64,000 nucleotides of DNA from Vitrella brassicaformis CCMP3155 (taxonomy: Eukaryota > Protista > Chromerida): assembly GCA_001179505.1 (NCBI GenBank), contig CDMY01000315.1, forward strand, positions 1 through 64,000, read 5' to 3'. A program made the position numbers and the translations under genes. The notes below the pieces were generated by a model. The model worked only from the letters and a program-made list of their open reading frames with translations, was not told where the DNA came from and did no database searches. Of the stretch, positions 39,201-51,194 are shown in pieces. Numbering within the stretch: position 1 is the stretch's first letter; each line of letters starts with the position of its first letter.

Positions 39201-41071
39201 CATTATCAGCTGCAGTTCCGTTGTCTGGTGGTAAATGCTTCGGAGCACGGCTCTGCGGCGCATCGCAGGCGACTCGTAGCCATCATGGCGCAGCCCGGCT
39301 ACCCACTCCCAGGTACCACACACACATCCACCACACACATGCCCACACACATCACACATACGGTGTGTGCATGTGTGTGCAGAGCCGACTGTCATTGCGC
39401 CGTCGTCAGCCGCCGCCAGAGGGGATTCCGTCCTACTCGACGCCATCAACACGGTGCTTCAGGTCTACATCCACATGTACAACACGGAGACTCCTGACGC
39501 CAAGGCGTTTGTGCTCGCCGAGCTGCAACACTGGCCGTGGAACGTGTTCCACTACACGCTAAAGGAGGCGTGTGAGCATCGGCTGGCGCATGGCGAGCAC
39601 CCGATGACGGCCAGATACGCCAAGCTCAGCGAGCTGCTGGAAGGGGTACTTACATACGTGTGGTGTGTGTGTGGACACAAAGAGGGAGGCATGGGGGCAA
39701 GTGTCATCCTTCTCTCTCTGTTCGGTCCTGTCATATCCATGCATCAGGTAGCAAAGCGTGTGTGGCCTGCGGACGGTTTCCAGAGGCCGAAATGCAAGCC
39801 ACGCAAAGGTAGGTGGGGTGGACAGGCAGGGAGCTGACACACAGAGAGACAGGCAAAGCGGGAGGCGCTCACTCTCGTGCCCTGCTGTGCTGTGCTGTGC
39901 CGTGTTGCTGGATGATGGATTGATCAGGGAGTGATTGGGGCTGGGAGGAGTTGTTGAGTCCTGCCAACATGTCGGCATTGTGCGCCGAGCTCGAGATGGC
40001 CGCCCCCACACTCACCCGGCAGCCCCTCTCGCTCTCGTGGGTCAACGTCGACACACACGCGGAGACGGCGGCGGCGAGCGGTGATGGGGCAGCCGTCAAG
40101 GGCGTCAAGAGAAGAAAGACCACCCACCATTCCGCGCAGAAGTGCAAACACCCAGAAGTGCCCATGTAAGGATGGACAGACAAATCACATGTGTGTGTCG
40201 GGATGTCGCATTGTGGTGCGTGCCTGCAGGGCCGTTTGTGCCCAGCTTCAGGGAGTGCTGCACCGTCTCCCCCCACTGATGGCCCTGCTGAACTCCCAGC
40301 GCTGCGCTAATCTCGACGGCTGTGCCAAGACCCTCCTGAGGGACCTGCTGGGCAACGCCGTCAACATGGAGACGGCCGTGGATGTGACTCGCCCGCTCTT
40401 CCACTCACTCGCCCGCCGCGACTGCATCAGCCCACCCCAGGAAGTGCTCAACCAGCGGCTGGGCATCGTCACGCCCCCCCACACCGTGCTGCCCCCCCTC
40501 GCCAGACACCAGCCGCCATCGGCCGAGGAGATCGCCGACATGATGATGTTGCGTATCCCTCACAACAAGAATTGGGATCGCATTGTCGACTCCTTCAACA
40601 GCGGCAGCATGACACGGCTCCAAGAGGAGGACGAGGACGAGGACGACATCACCACACCAGCAGCGGCGGCGGCAGCCGCAGCGATGCCGGCTGACACGCC
40701 CCCCATGCACGACTGGGAGAACGACCCCGTGGAAGGGATGGGAGCAGGTAGGTAACATACGGACGGGCATGCAGGCAGTCGGGCCATACATATCATACTG
40801 TGGTGTATGTGTGCAGATGGTATGATGGCGGTGGATGAGGAGGGAGGTGGTGCTGTGCTCCAGGAGCCCCCGGCGCCCCCATCGCCCGGCCCCCTGGCGT
40901 CGCCCATGCCCCATACCCATGGACATACAGAGCCACGAACCTGCTGCAGGTGCCTGCCTTGCCTGGACGGCTACTAGACCGCACCACACGGGCCTGTGTA
41001 TGTATGTATGTTCAGGTGATGGTGATGAGCAGGATGGCGGCATCATTGCAGAGTATCCCGAAGATGAGTAG
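36202..41071 (+). CDS. C5-cytosine DNA methyltransferase with N-terminal chromodomain(s) and PHD-like finger
   Basis: Motif I LDIFGGMG (38275-38298), II AIDKK, IV ACPPCQ|AFTS (38746-38760), VI AVI|ENVMGL (39049), VIII NASEHGSAAHRRRL (about 39235-39275), IX-like CAQLQG and X LLGNAV (40345-40362). The chromodomain reads TYNIN|RVLDVDERRQKLRVHWVGDTPTWEPFSCVEEF. The PHD-like finger reads CVVC..KCSQ|EGCVRYWHPEC..FCPSSIH. Both ends are approximate. Confidence 0.9.
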
Positions 41072-41552
41072 CCTAGCTGGCGGGAGAGACGCATGTGCAT
41101 AGCAGGGAAAGAAGAAGAAGGACGTGCGGTTGGCTGACATGGCTTTGGAATGGGACGGGGAACACTCACTCACTGTTGCTGCCCCTGCCTGCCCATTTGA
41201 TTCATCGGCAGCCGATTGTTGACCAGTACAGGGAGGGGGAGGGGAGGGGTGCCGCCTACCTTGTCTTTGTCTGAGATTCACTCACTCACTGCCTGTCTTA
41301 GCTGATTTCTCTCCTGTATGTTTGTTCGTCCCCGTCGGTCAAGGCGACGACAGGGGGACGGTACGGTACCATACATAAACAATGCATAGTCTTATTTGCT
41401 TCATTGATATGATTAGTGCGTCCTTCCGTGTGTGCAGGCGTGGACGTCTTGTGCAGTCAGCCGTGTACAATTAACAGCCAATGGCATGCCACTTGATGCA
41501 GCACACGAATCTCGTCTGCCCAATGAATGCCACCATCAACGCACACACACCC

Positions 41553-43737
41553 TCAGGGATTGCGCGTTGCGTTCAATCCCAGCCAGACACGGCTGACGTA
41601 TAGGATTGCGAAGCCCTCGATGCTCCCGCCGTCAGGGAGGGAGGTCTCGATGGAAGCGAGCTGCTTAGCTGGCACGTGGTCAGGGAACAGCAGATCGACA
41701 CGTTGTAGCCCCTTGACGTGTGGGATCGCCGATGAGAGGCGGGCGCGCACCAGACTGCCCACATCCTCCACATCGTCCGGCACTGAAGCCAAACACACAC
41801 ACACACACACACACACAAGCCAACAAAGGACATAAAGACATAAAGTCCCTCTTCTCTCTCGGCGTACGTGTCAGCTTGAAGTATAGGCTCTCGATCGTCG
41901 GCAACCGGCCAGCCGCCTGGCCCAGCTGTTGATCTAGTTGGTCGAAAACTACGCTGCGCATCAAGACCTCCCGCACCTCCCTCCCCCTTCCGAGCGCCCT
42001 CAACACGCCCACCATCTCCTCACCACCCGACACCTCTCGAATGTCCACCTCTCTCACCTTCTCGGGCATCTTGTCGGCCAGCAGCCGGGCTGCAGCACCA
42101 CCCAGGTTGCTCCGGACAGACAGCGTTGGGGCTCTCTGGAAGACGTTCTGGAAGGGCTTCAGGTGGTCGATGATGGTAGGGTGGGGCGATGGGGTGTTGG
42201 CCGGGGGATGGAAGCCAGCGGCATTCTTGACCTCCACCGTCTCGGCCTTGTCGAATGAGAGTGTCTTGGCCGTGTCGATGGCCGCCTGGCTGGGGCTGTC
42301 GAGGTTGTCGGTGAGGTCGTCCTGAGTGAAGATGTATCCCACCGATGTGGCCTGCTGTGCCAGCTGCTGGATCATGGTCTTCACTGAGGGCGACGGGCGA
42401 GTGGGAAAGTCGACGTGGTGGAAGAGGGAGCGGCCAAAGGTGGGGTCTGTGGCGTAGAAGCTGAGTCGCACATTTGGCCGGCAGCATGTGGTGACCAGCC
42501 CGTTCAGGGCCAGCAGCAAAGGCAACGTGGGGCGGCCGATCTCGTAGAAGAAATCAAATTGCACGTGCAGAAGTTTAAGCGACCGCCGGCAGCCACGCGC
42601 CACGAGGACAGCCTGCAGACAACCAGACACACCCAGATACAGGAATGACATCTTCAACCAACCCACTGGCGCTGCTGTGCATGCGTGTGTGTTCTTGTCA
42701 CCTGCAGCCGGTCGATGCCCTCGCGATGCTCATCGGGACGGATAAAGCCGATGCGCTCTAGCTTGGCGAGTGGCCCCACCTGCTGCCCAGCAGGTGCCTG
42801 AGGGATGTGGCCGAATAAGCGCGCCCACTCGTCACCCCTGAACGCCCCGTCGACGTGCTGCAGTGAGCCCGACGAGCTGATGAATCGGCCCAATCTGTCA
42901 GGGTCCCAGCCCCTCTGCCGCAAGACGGTGAGCGAGGGCATCACCCAGCCCCGGTCGGCCATCCCCTGATGTCCGCTGGTCAGATACTCAATGGTGGTGA
43001 GTGCGTCGAGAAGTGGGGGCGGGTCGAGAAGATCGGGAAGGGGTGGGTCTGTCCTTGCGACGATCTGCCTCTCCTTGATGGTCAGCTGAGCCCCTTCTCG
43101 GATGGTGATTGTCTTCAGGGTCCCGTCTTGAATGTTGGCTGCCCGTCGGCCGGCGACGTGGCCCTCTATCATGGCCACAAACACGTCGAGGCACCAGCGG
43201 GGGAAGCAAGTGGGGCAGCGGAGGGTGATAGAGGTGACCTGCCTGAGGTATGTGGCCCATTCCGTGACGAGGTCGGTGGTCGTTGTCTCCGCCTGCCAGA
43301 ACGACCGCTCATCTTCGTCGGCTGCACTGATTGTGAGGTGGTGCTGCTTGCGGGCGGCGAGCTGCCATGTCAGCGGCGGCAGCTGCAGCTGTATCAGCAG
43401 GTGGAAGGGGAGGAAGGCCATGACGCTGCTGAGGAGACCGGGCTGCACACAACCACACAGCACACAGAGTGAGTAAGAGATGTCCACCAGTGCCTTCATG
43501 GCCTCAGTGTGTGAGAGACTCACTCACCGGAAGGATGCTCCCCCAATCACCACCACCACCACCACCACCACCACTACCCGCAGCAGCAGCCGGCGCCTCC
43601 TCACGGCGGGACTTCTTAGCCTCCACCCATCCAGCCAGCAAACACACACACACACACACACAGAGCCGACATCCATCTGTGGCCATTCATTGCAAGCGGT
43701 GCTGTGATGCCCTCACCTGCCTACCGTCGCCCTCCAT
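41553..43737 (-). CDS. Lineage-specific hypothetical protein (F-box-like start, LRR-like body)
   Basis: MEGDGRQ|..EAKKSRREEAP..|..SSVMAFLPFHLLIQLQLP..EWATYLRQVTSITL..MPSLTVL..LAKLERIG. It has long ORFs (42654-43523 and 41680-42666) and canonical introns. The domain call is tentative. Confidence 0.7.
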
Positions 43738-44032
43738 AGCTGTAGATCCAGTAGATCCTGTCGACTATACTGCCTTCTGCTCACGCTGTCTCGAAGTCCC
43801 TCCCTGATGCACAGAGACACACGCAGACAGCCGACCCAACGTTGGAGCAGCGGTCTCAGGGAGCACCCTAGGCGGCCTGACGGCCAAGGTTCACTTGCGA
43901 GCTTAGCAGCGATTTCAGCGAGCTTAAGAATGCGAGACAGAGAGGAGAGGCCTCTCTCTAGGCACGCCAGCACGACTGGGAGGGTGCGTGAGAGGCGCTA
44001 TCATCGGCTGAGATGTGATTGATCATTTCCTG

Positions 44033-45760
44033 ATGAGATCTAAGCATGACATCCTTCCGCCGCCCTCGGCACCCCGGTCGGCCTCCCCGGCCCTCGACGA
44101 TATCGATGTCATTCGCGCAGCATCAGCAACAGCTATTTCATCGAGATCTGTCATTCATGTGCTCGACTTGGCAGTGCATGGACCAACAGCCCGTGAAGGC
44201 AGCGCCGGCCTCGTCGTTCCCTCCCAACATCCGCCGTCACGCCAAGCGTGTGCTGCCGTCGGCGATCAGGATCCCAGCCACTCTCTGTCTTCATGTTCGC
44301 ATGAGGGTGTGAAGGAGGCGACGAGCGGTTTTCCTGCCAAGTACCTGGTGATGGATCTTATGATGGACGTGTGGGGGAAGCAGCGTGAGCTGAGGTTCTA
44401 TCTCACCGATGTGCCCGCCAAGATGCGATTCCAGTGGATGTTATGTGGTGAGAAACAGGGATGAAGGGGAGGAAAGGCAGGGTGAAAACTGCTGTTGGTG
44501 TTTGTTGCGTCGACTGTGCAGCGCTCTCGGGTTTATGGCTGTTGGTGGCGGGGCCAATCTCGATTGTCCTTGTGCCCGACTCCAAATGGGCTGGGCTGGG
44601 ATGGACTATCAGCGGAATTGGTGGGTGCCAACCAGTTCACAGCCATTCTCTGCTCACTTGTTTGGTGCTTGTTTGTGTGTCTGAAGTGGGAGATCCCCTG
44701 CTACTGGCTGCCGTCGATATGCTATTTCCTTATGGGACGTACAAGAGTCTGGCTACTCAATGCTTGGCACTTATGTATGGGGTCCTCATAATGGCCTTCA
44801 ATCTCTTCTACGGACGTAAGCACTAAACGGAAAAAACACTTCGCGTCGCATAGCTTTCTGTTTCTTTCCGTTTCTGTCCAGCGATCGGCTATGCGGCTAG
44901 TATGCTAGTGTTATCTGTCTACATGGGACTTGCCGTGCCCCCTTTTACTGTCATTGCCCAGCCACGACTGTTCACAAATGATGATATGCTGAAGAGGCTG
45001 AATGATATTCGTTGGCTTCCAGCCGCATTCAAATTCAGCTTGGTAGATGTCCGCATTCAAATTCAACTTGGTAGATGTCCCTCATCCGCGCATGCTAACG
45101 GCTTCGGAGCATATGTGGGTGGAGCAGAACCGTTTGCTCTCTCTCGTTCGGAAGTATGTGCCGTTCATGAGAAAAGTGGACGAGTTGGACTTTTGCCGAT
45201 TGCTCAAGTATGTGTCCTATATGCTTACCATTGTGGACTACATGTCAGATCTAGGTACGTATGTGAGTGCGTTGGGTAGGGAGCTCTCTAGTTGGTCATC
45301 TTGACTTGTTGTTTTTTTCTTGTGCTACTGCTGCTCTCATGCAGCTGTGGGAATGGGGATGGTCCAACGCGGTATTGCTTTGTGGCCCGGGGTGTGCATT
45401 CTGCTCCTCTGCCAAGTGGACACGATCAGTGCGGCTATCTCTTACGGCATCCGAACGAAGGCCACACTCCGGCAGAACGCATCCCTCTTTGCGGCGTCCC
45501 TATTCGAGTTGCCCATCCTGATCCTGACCATCCTGTATGGAGCAAACTCGACTGATATACGGACGATCGTCATATCCATCACGGCCACTTCCTCCACAAT
45601 AGCTATCAAGGGAGTCGCCACGCTCCATAGCGTTATAACCGAGAGGCTGCGGAAGAGAATCGACTCGACCGTCTCCAAGACGAGCACAACGCGAGAAACC
45701 ATGAGCACAGAGGGGCCGACTAACCAGGATGGTACCAGTTGTGTAGACTTGCTCACTTAC
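44033..45760 (+). pseudogene. Multi-pass membrane protein (copy 2), frameshifted by a 28-bp tandem duplication, no stop before the downstream gene
   Basis: Exon-by-exon homology to 12278-14035. The sequence ccgcattcaaattca(g/a)cttggtagatgt is repeated at 45023-45050 and 45051-45078. Confidence 0.75.
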
Positions 45761-45862
45761 AACATCTCGCTTCCGACCACCCGTCCACCAACGTCTGCCG
45801 ATTCCTGGGCCCTGCAGCCTTCTGGCCAGCCGGCGCCAGCTGATCCGACGAATGCATCAGAA

Positions 45863-46321
45863 ATGGCGGGGCAGGAGGCCCAGGGAGGCAATGAAGGGCC
45901 TGTCCAGCAGCAGTATGTGAGGCCGAAGCTGGGAGGAGCGCATGTGATCAACATGCAGGTGCAGCTGGAAGACGACGTGACAGCCGATCACTCAATGCTC
46001 AGCTGCGCAAAGGTGGGTGAGATACACAGACAGACAGATAGATTGACGGGCAGGGCAGGGCACGCCGAAGGAGTCAACCTGTCCCCCTCGCACACTCCTA
46101 GAATGAATGTGTCTGTCTGTCTGTGTGTGCAGATATCGTGCATCTTGTCGATATTCTTCCCCATCATCGGCTGCATCACCTTCTGTCTGAATCTCGACGC
46201 CAAGAAGGGGTCGGAGAGGCACAAGTGGGCCCGCCGCTGCCTCTACACAGCCCTCGCCGTCTTGACTCTGGTCATCATCCTACGGGTCATCATCTTGTCA
46301 CTCTGGTTATCGGGGGTGTGA
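45863..46321 (+). CDS. Small CD225/dispanin-like membrane protein (copy 2)
   Basis: MAGQEAQGGNEGPVQQQYVRPKLGG..HSMLSCAK|ISCILSIFFPIIGCITFCLNLDAKKGSERHKWARRCLY..SGV*. It is highly similar to 10804-11264, including the intron. Confidence 0.7.
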   Translation: MAGQEAQGGNEGPVQQQYVRPKLGGAHVINMQVQLEDDVTADHSMLSCAKVGEIHRQTDRLTGRAGHAEGVNLSPSHTPRMNVSVCLCVQISCILSIFFPIIGCITFCLNLDAKKGSERHKWARRCLYTALAVLTLVIILRVIILSLWLSGV

Positions 46322-47015
46322 GCAAGGAGGGGAATCTCCGCGGCAGGCGCCTTCAAGACAGTCACTCGTGTAGGATGAGTGCTTTCTGTGCCGGTGTTCT
46401 GCGTCGCTGGCGTTGTCGACTGAAGCTGTGATTCCTCTCGAGGGCATGGACGATGCTTGTTCCCATGTTGTTCATACACATATACATCATGTGATTCATT
46501 CTTGCTCACACACTTTTTTCGTCTGTATGTCGCATGATAAGTGAATGCGACATATAGATGCGATAGATCGCGCGAGAGCGTGGCGCGGCGTGCAAACAGC
46601 GCATGAATGTGTTCATCTATTCTCTGCCTCAATCGGAGGCAGAGAGAGGGGAGTGTCGTGTGTGTGTGTCTGAGTGACGTGTGTGATGGTCTGAGTGATG
46701 TGTTGTGATGGATTCCTTGACTAGGAAAGACAGTGTTGCTCGTATGTCATCGAAACGAGGGCTATATGCGTGAAGTTCTCCATGACTCGTGGCGATGGGG
46801 ATGATATTGTATTGTGTGTGGGTGATGTGATGTGATGTGACGTGAAGTGCGACACTCACACGGATTTTCAGCTTTGCAGTGATCGGCCTGCCCAACAGAT
46901 CAAGCCAATGCATGCACGGACGATATCTATGTATGTACACACATAGCTCTGTCAATCCACATAGCTCTGTCAATCAATCAACGATGCACGTTCCTTCGGT
47001 GGATGATTCCGTGCA

Positions 47016-47794
47016 TCATTTGTCGGTCGCTGGCTGGCTGTCTCGTTGATGAATCTCCCTAAGCCACTCGGCCAGCAGGACGCCGCACGCACTGTGGTGG
47101 ATAAGGTGCTGGAAATACACAAAATTCGCATTGCCTACAGAGACACACACACACACACGGAGACACACACGGAGAGAGAGAGATGGGTGGCTGCACAATG
47201 AGTGTGTTATGGTGGGGTGTGTGTGTGTGTGTGTGTGTGTAGACCTACCTGTGTTTCTGTCCAGCCACAGACAGGCCATGACGGGCATGATCGACAGTGA
47301 CACACCTGGCCAGGTGCGGTGGGTGCACACAGCGGGACACACACACACACTGACATGTGGGCGCCCTCACGTGCTTACTTACTTGCCACGAGGACGATGA
47401 ACGAGAAGCTGCCGAGCCGACGGACGATGTCGTGATGCAGCAGCAGCAAACTCTGTCAACACACACCAAATGGACACACAGTGAGCTGTGTCGTCTTTGT
47501 GCAGATGTGCGCTTGGTTACTGACAATTAGATAAGCAAAGTCGCACACAGTGGGGTGCGGCTGGAACAGCACGACAATCTGCACACATAGTACAGTGCGC
47601 CGATCCGATCCGATCCACATGTGTGTGTCGTCCGTCCCGATCCAGCTCAGCTCACTTACGGCTATGTGCGCGGTGAGGAGTCCGTGCGGCTGGCGATAGA
47701 GATGCAGCCACAGAGGAATGACATACAAGTACACGTGACCCTGAACACACACACAAATGACACACACCGCATAGAATAGACAGGCGCCTGGCTC

Positions 47795-47827
<33 letters not shown>

Positions 47828-49544
47828 GGCCTTAATTGTCTGTCCACCAGCCAGCCATCGTTCCTGCCTGCCGTGCGTTGCGTTGCGTACGTTAAAGATG
47901 AAATGGAACATGTACTCGAAGCGATCGAATATCTGCGTGAAGAGGTACCAAAACAGACCGATGTTGGGCGTCAGCAAATCGACATCAGCGCCGCCTGCAG
48001 CCGCCCAACCATACACAACCAGAGCCATCCATCCATCCATCCACGAAGGCAGACGTTTCTGATCTCATCAGCTCTCTCTCTTGAGGTTCTGCGCACCAGG
48101 CCATGGTGTTGGTTTGTCCCCGAGTGTGTGTCTGATCCAGGCCTCGATCAGCGCGTAGAAGCCACACACGCCAATCAGGAAGCTCACTGACAGCAGACTG
48201 CACACACACACACACAGACGCAGAGACAGAGAGAGATCGAGATATACATGGGGAAATTCGATTCGTGTGTGTGAGTGCATCTACACTACACGGACATACA
48301 TGTATCTCTTCTCTGGGCCACAGGCAAATGTGTGCATGGCGGGGAGGACCACTGTGATGGCCATCAAGGGGTGAGACGACACCTGCAGCAGCACTGCCGC
48401 CTGCACACACAGACATCCATCCATCCATCCACAGGTAAGTGCAGATGGATGGATGTGTGTGTGTGTGGTGGGGTGGGGGGGAGGGGGCCGTACCAGTGGC
48501 ATGAGTATCCATCCGCTAGTGGCGAGCATCATCGAGTACACACATCGCGTAAAGGCCTGGAATGAAAGCGCCTGTGTTGACAGCACCTACGCACACGCAC
48601 ACACTTACACACGTGTGCATGCATCCACCTGTGCTCTGTCTGTCTGTGTACGAGGTGCATACTGTCAGTGGGTTGAGCAGATACGACGCAGCGACGAAGG
48701 ACGGGCCCAAATAGGGCACACCCTGCACACACACACACACGATGCACACACATCTCTGCTGTCTGTGTGTCGGCACACACAGGTCGTTCACAGAACAGGT
48801 GAGGGCGGGCGGGCAGGTCAGATTAGCATGGCTGTGTTGCGGTGTTTTCACCATATGCAGTGATGCATCAGACAGCAATTGAATTGAGAAGTTGGTGTTA
48901 TCATCATGTATGCCACGCCACGGCCCCCACACGCACTTGAGTGAGTGCACTGCTGACCTTTTGGTGCGCCCGGGCAGAGATCCACAGACACACGGCGATA
49001 CACACATCCACAGCTGACAGAACAACACAACACACACACAGGCATGCAACCAACATGCATTCATGTGTTCCTATGAGTGTGGTCACCGGTGAGCACCCAG
49101 AAAGTCATCTCTCTCTCCCCCTCTCTCTGCAAAGACACCCACACACAGGCCAACACATCCGGATGCATAAATCACTCCTTTTGTGTTGCTTGTATCGTGC
49201 TCACCGTATCCACAACACCCCCCGTGTGCTCAGAGAACCGCTCCAACGCCAGCAGCACTCGCGGAGATGACCCAATGACGGCCGACGCGACACCTGAGAA
49301 CACAAACTCAATCACAATCACACACACACACACACACAGAGAGGGATGTTGCCGGTGTGGGCTGACCGCCATGCTTTCTTGCGAAGGCGGTCTCCTTGAG
49401 CGAGTCGAATGTGTTGAGCCCGAAGAAGATGGCGCTGCCTGATGCCGACGCGCTGGAGTGGAAGAAGAGGAGAGCCCGGATGGCCACGCCGCATGCTGCA
49501 ATAGCCGCCAGGGACGCTGTGGACGATGACGCATTCATGCCCAT
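47016..49544 (-). CDS. PIGU: GPI transamidase subunit PIG-U (GAB1/CDC91), multi-exon
   Basis: Multi-TM protein with LLTPNIGLFWYLFTQIFDRF, HVYLYVIPL, FQPHPTVCDFAY and WLDRNTG|NANFVYFQ, matching the PIG-U PNxGLxWY and GNANF motifs. Confidence 0.9.
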
Positions 49545-49829
49545 CGATCTTCAAGATCTCTCGCTTTTCCACGCAGCCGAGCTTAGAAGGCAGGCCTTGC
49601 TGGCGTCCATTTCGGCTGTATACCTGCTGGAGGGAGGTCTCTCTGGGAGCTGAGCTTGCACGAAGCTCGCGCGAAACCGCTCTCTCTCTCCGCACCTCTC
49701 CGCGGCAAACCAGCCTCGCAGCGTCGCCCATCGCGTCTGGTCCTTGTTCTGCTCCGGCATCCCGCTTCGAGCCCATCGCCTTCGCCGCCCGCCTCTCTTC
49801 TGCCGCTGTTTCATCTCGTGTGCGTGGCC

Positions 49830-50682
49830 ATGTCGTCCTCATCGCGCGCCGCCAGCAGTCCGTCCAGCGCCATTGTGTGGCATCCCCACCAGGCGCTGCT
49901 CAAGGCGCTCTCCGGCGGCAACCTCATCCCGCTGCCCTCGCTCGACGGCATCGAAGGCGCGGCGGATCAGTGGCGGCGCATCAGCGAGGGCGTCACCATC
50001 ACCACCCGCGAGGGCAAGAAGGAGCCCATCATGCAGGGCGACAAGATCCTCCACCCGCTGCAGTCCATCGGGACGACCCCCATCAGCGGCTACCAGAAGA
50101 TCACCAACACGGAGCATCTACTACAGCAGCTACAGCAACCCCCACACGGACATCGACCCCAATGTCCATGTCGGCGTCGTGTCCGAGGATCAGAGCAGCA
50201 GCTACGGCAGCTACTCGGGCATGGTGTGTTTCATGCTGGTGGGGTGGCTACAGGAGACCAAGATGCACACGCTCGTCAAGGTCTTCACCACCGGCATCAC
50301 AAGCTGAGACGAGGACACCGACCCACTCTACCCTGCCTATGAGCGCGCCAAGGAGGTGACGAATTGCAGGAGTGACAAGGTGGTGTGTGGGGGTGGTGCC
50401 GTGTATGACCGGTACGACTGCTCCTATAAGGGGATCGATGGACTGACACACCAGCGCCTGATCATCCTCACCAGCCGGAAGGGGCTGGGGTGGGGCGAGG
50501 AGGGCGACTTCGTGGCCATCCTGCTCGAGTACTTCGCGGGCGAAGGGGGGGACGGTTCGATGGTCCAGGTCTTCACCAGCGAGGCGCGCCCCTGGGGCAA
50601 GACCGCCGTGGTGGTCAAGGGCGTGCTGGGCGAGGAGCTGGGCAAGGAGGTGTGGGCGGAGATGAGGGGCGGTCGGTTGTAA
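49830..50682 (+). pseudogene. Intronless lineage-specific gene with a frameshift (about 50115) and an in-frame TGA (50305-50307)
   Basis: ORFs 49656-50342, 49744-50307 and 50356-50682 join into one peptide (..GYQKITNTE / IYYSSYSNPH..GITS*DEDTDPLY..VWAEMRGGRL) with a GC-rich coding-like codon pattern. Confidence 0.65.
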
Positions 50683-51194
50683 GGCCCATAGCCTTTTGGA
50701 TGGATGGATGGATGGATGTCTAGTAGCTGTCTTATCACATGGCTGCCTAGCCCACACTGATGGTGCCGCTTTCTCACTGCATGAACGTCTGTTTGTGTAT
50801 AACGTACATACCTATCTCTCTGTCAGTCACTCGTCCGTCCGTCATCTCTATGGACCTATAGGCCAGTATGTGTATATATACGCCCTTCATGTGGATGACA
50901 GAGACATGACTGGATAGCCATCGTGCCTTGCCGTGCCGCCCACACAGATTTTGCTGCCCAGTGCCGACGACATGAGATGTCTTGGGGCGTTGTGTCTGGC
51001 CAGAGGTAGTCACATCGGTGTGTGCATGTCTGTGTGTGTGGAGGAATGATGACTTGAACGATAGATACGTCAGAGACAACAAAAGAGCTTGACTTATCTC
51101 AACGTCAACCGTCCAGAGAGTCCCGCAACACGCACCATGTCCCTCCCCTCTGATGTGTGCAATACCCACAGCTGTCCGCCTGTCTGCCCGGTGT

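Noticed and set aside
36202-41071. Calling the DNMT a plant-type chromomethylase (CMT) or DNMT2
   Set aside because: The chromodomain is N-terminal rather than between motifs I and IV, no BAH was seen, and no DNMT2 CFT motif was found.
35800-41500. DNMT as cargo of a retrotransposon or endogenous virus
   Set aside because: No RT, integrase, tyrosine recombinase, transposase, LTR/TIR or viral core gene was recognisable nearby. The gene is intron-rich like host genes.
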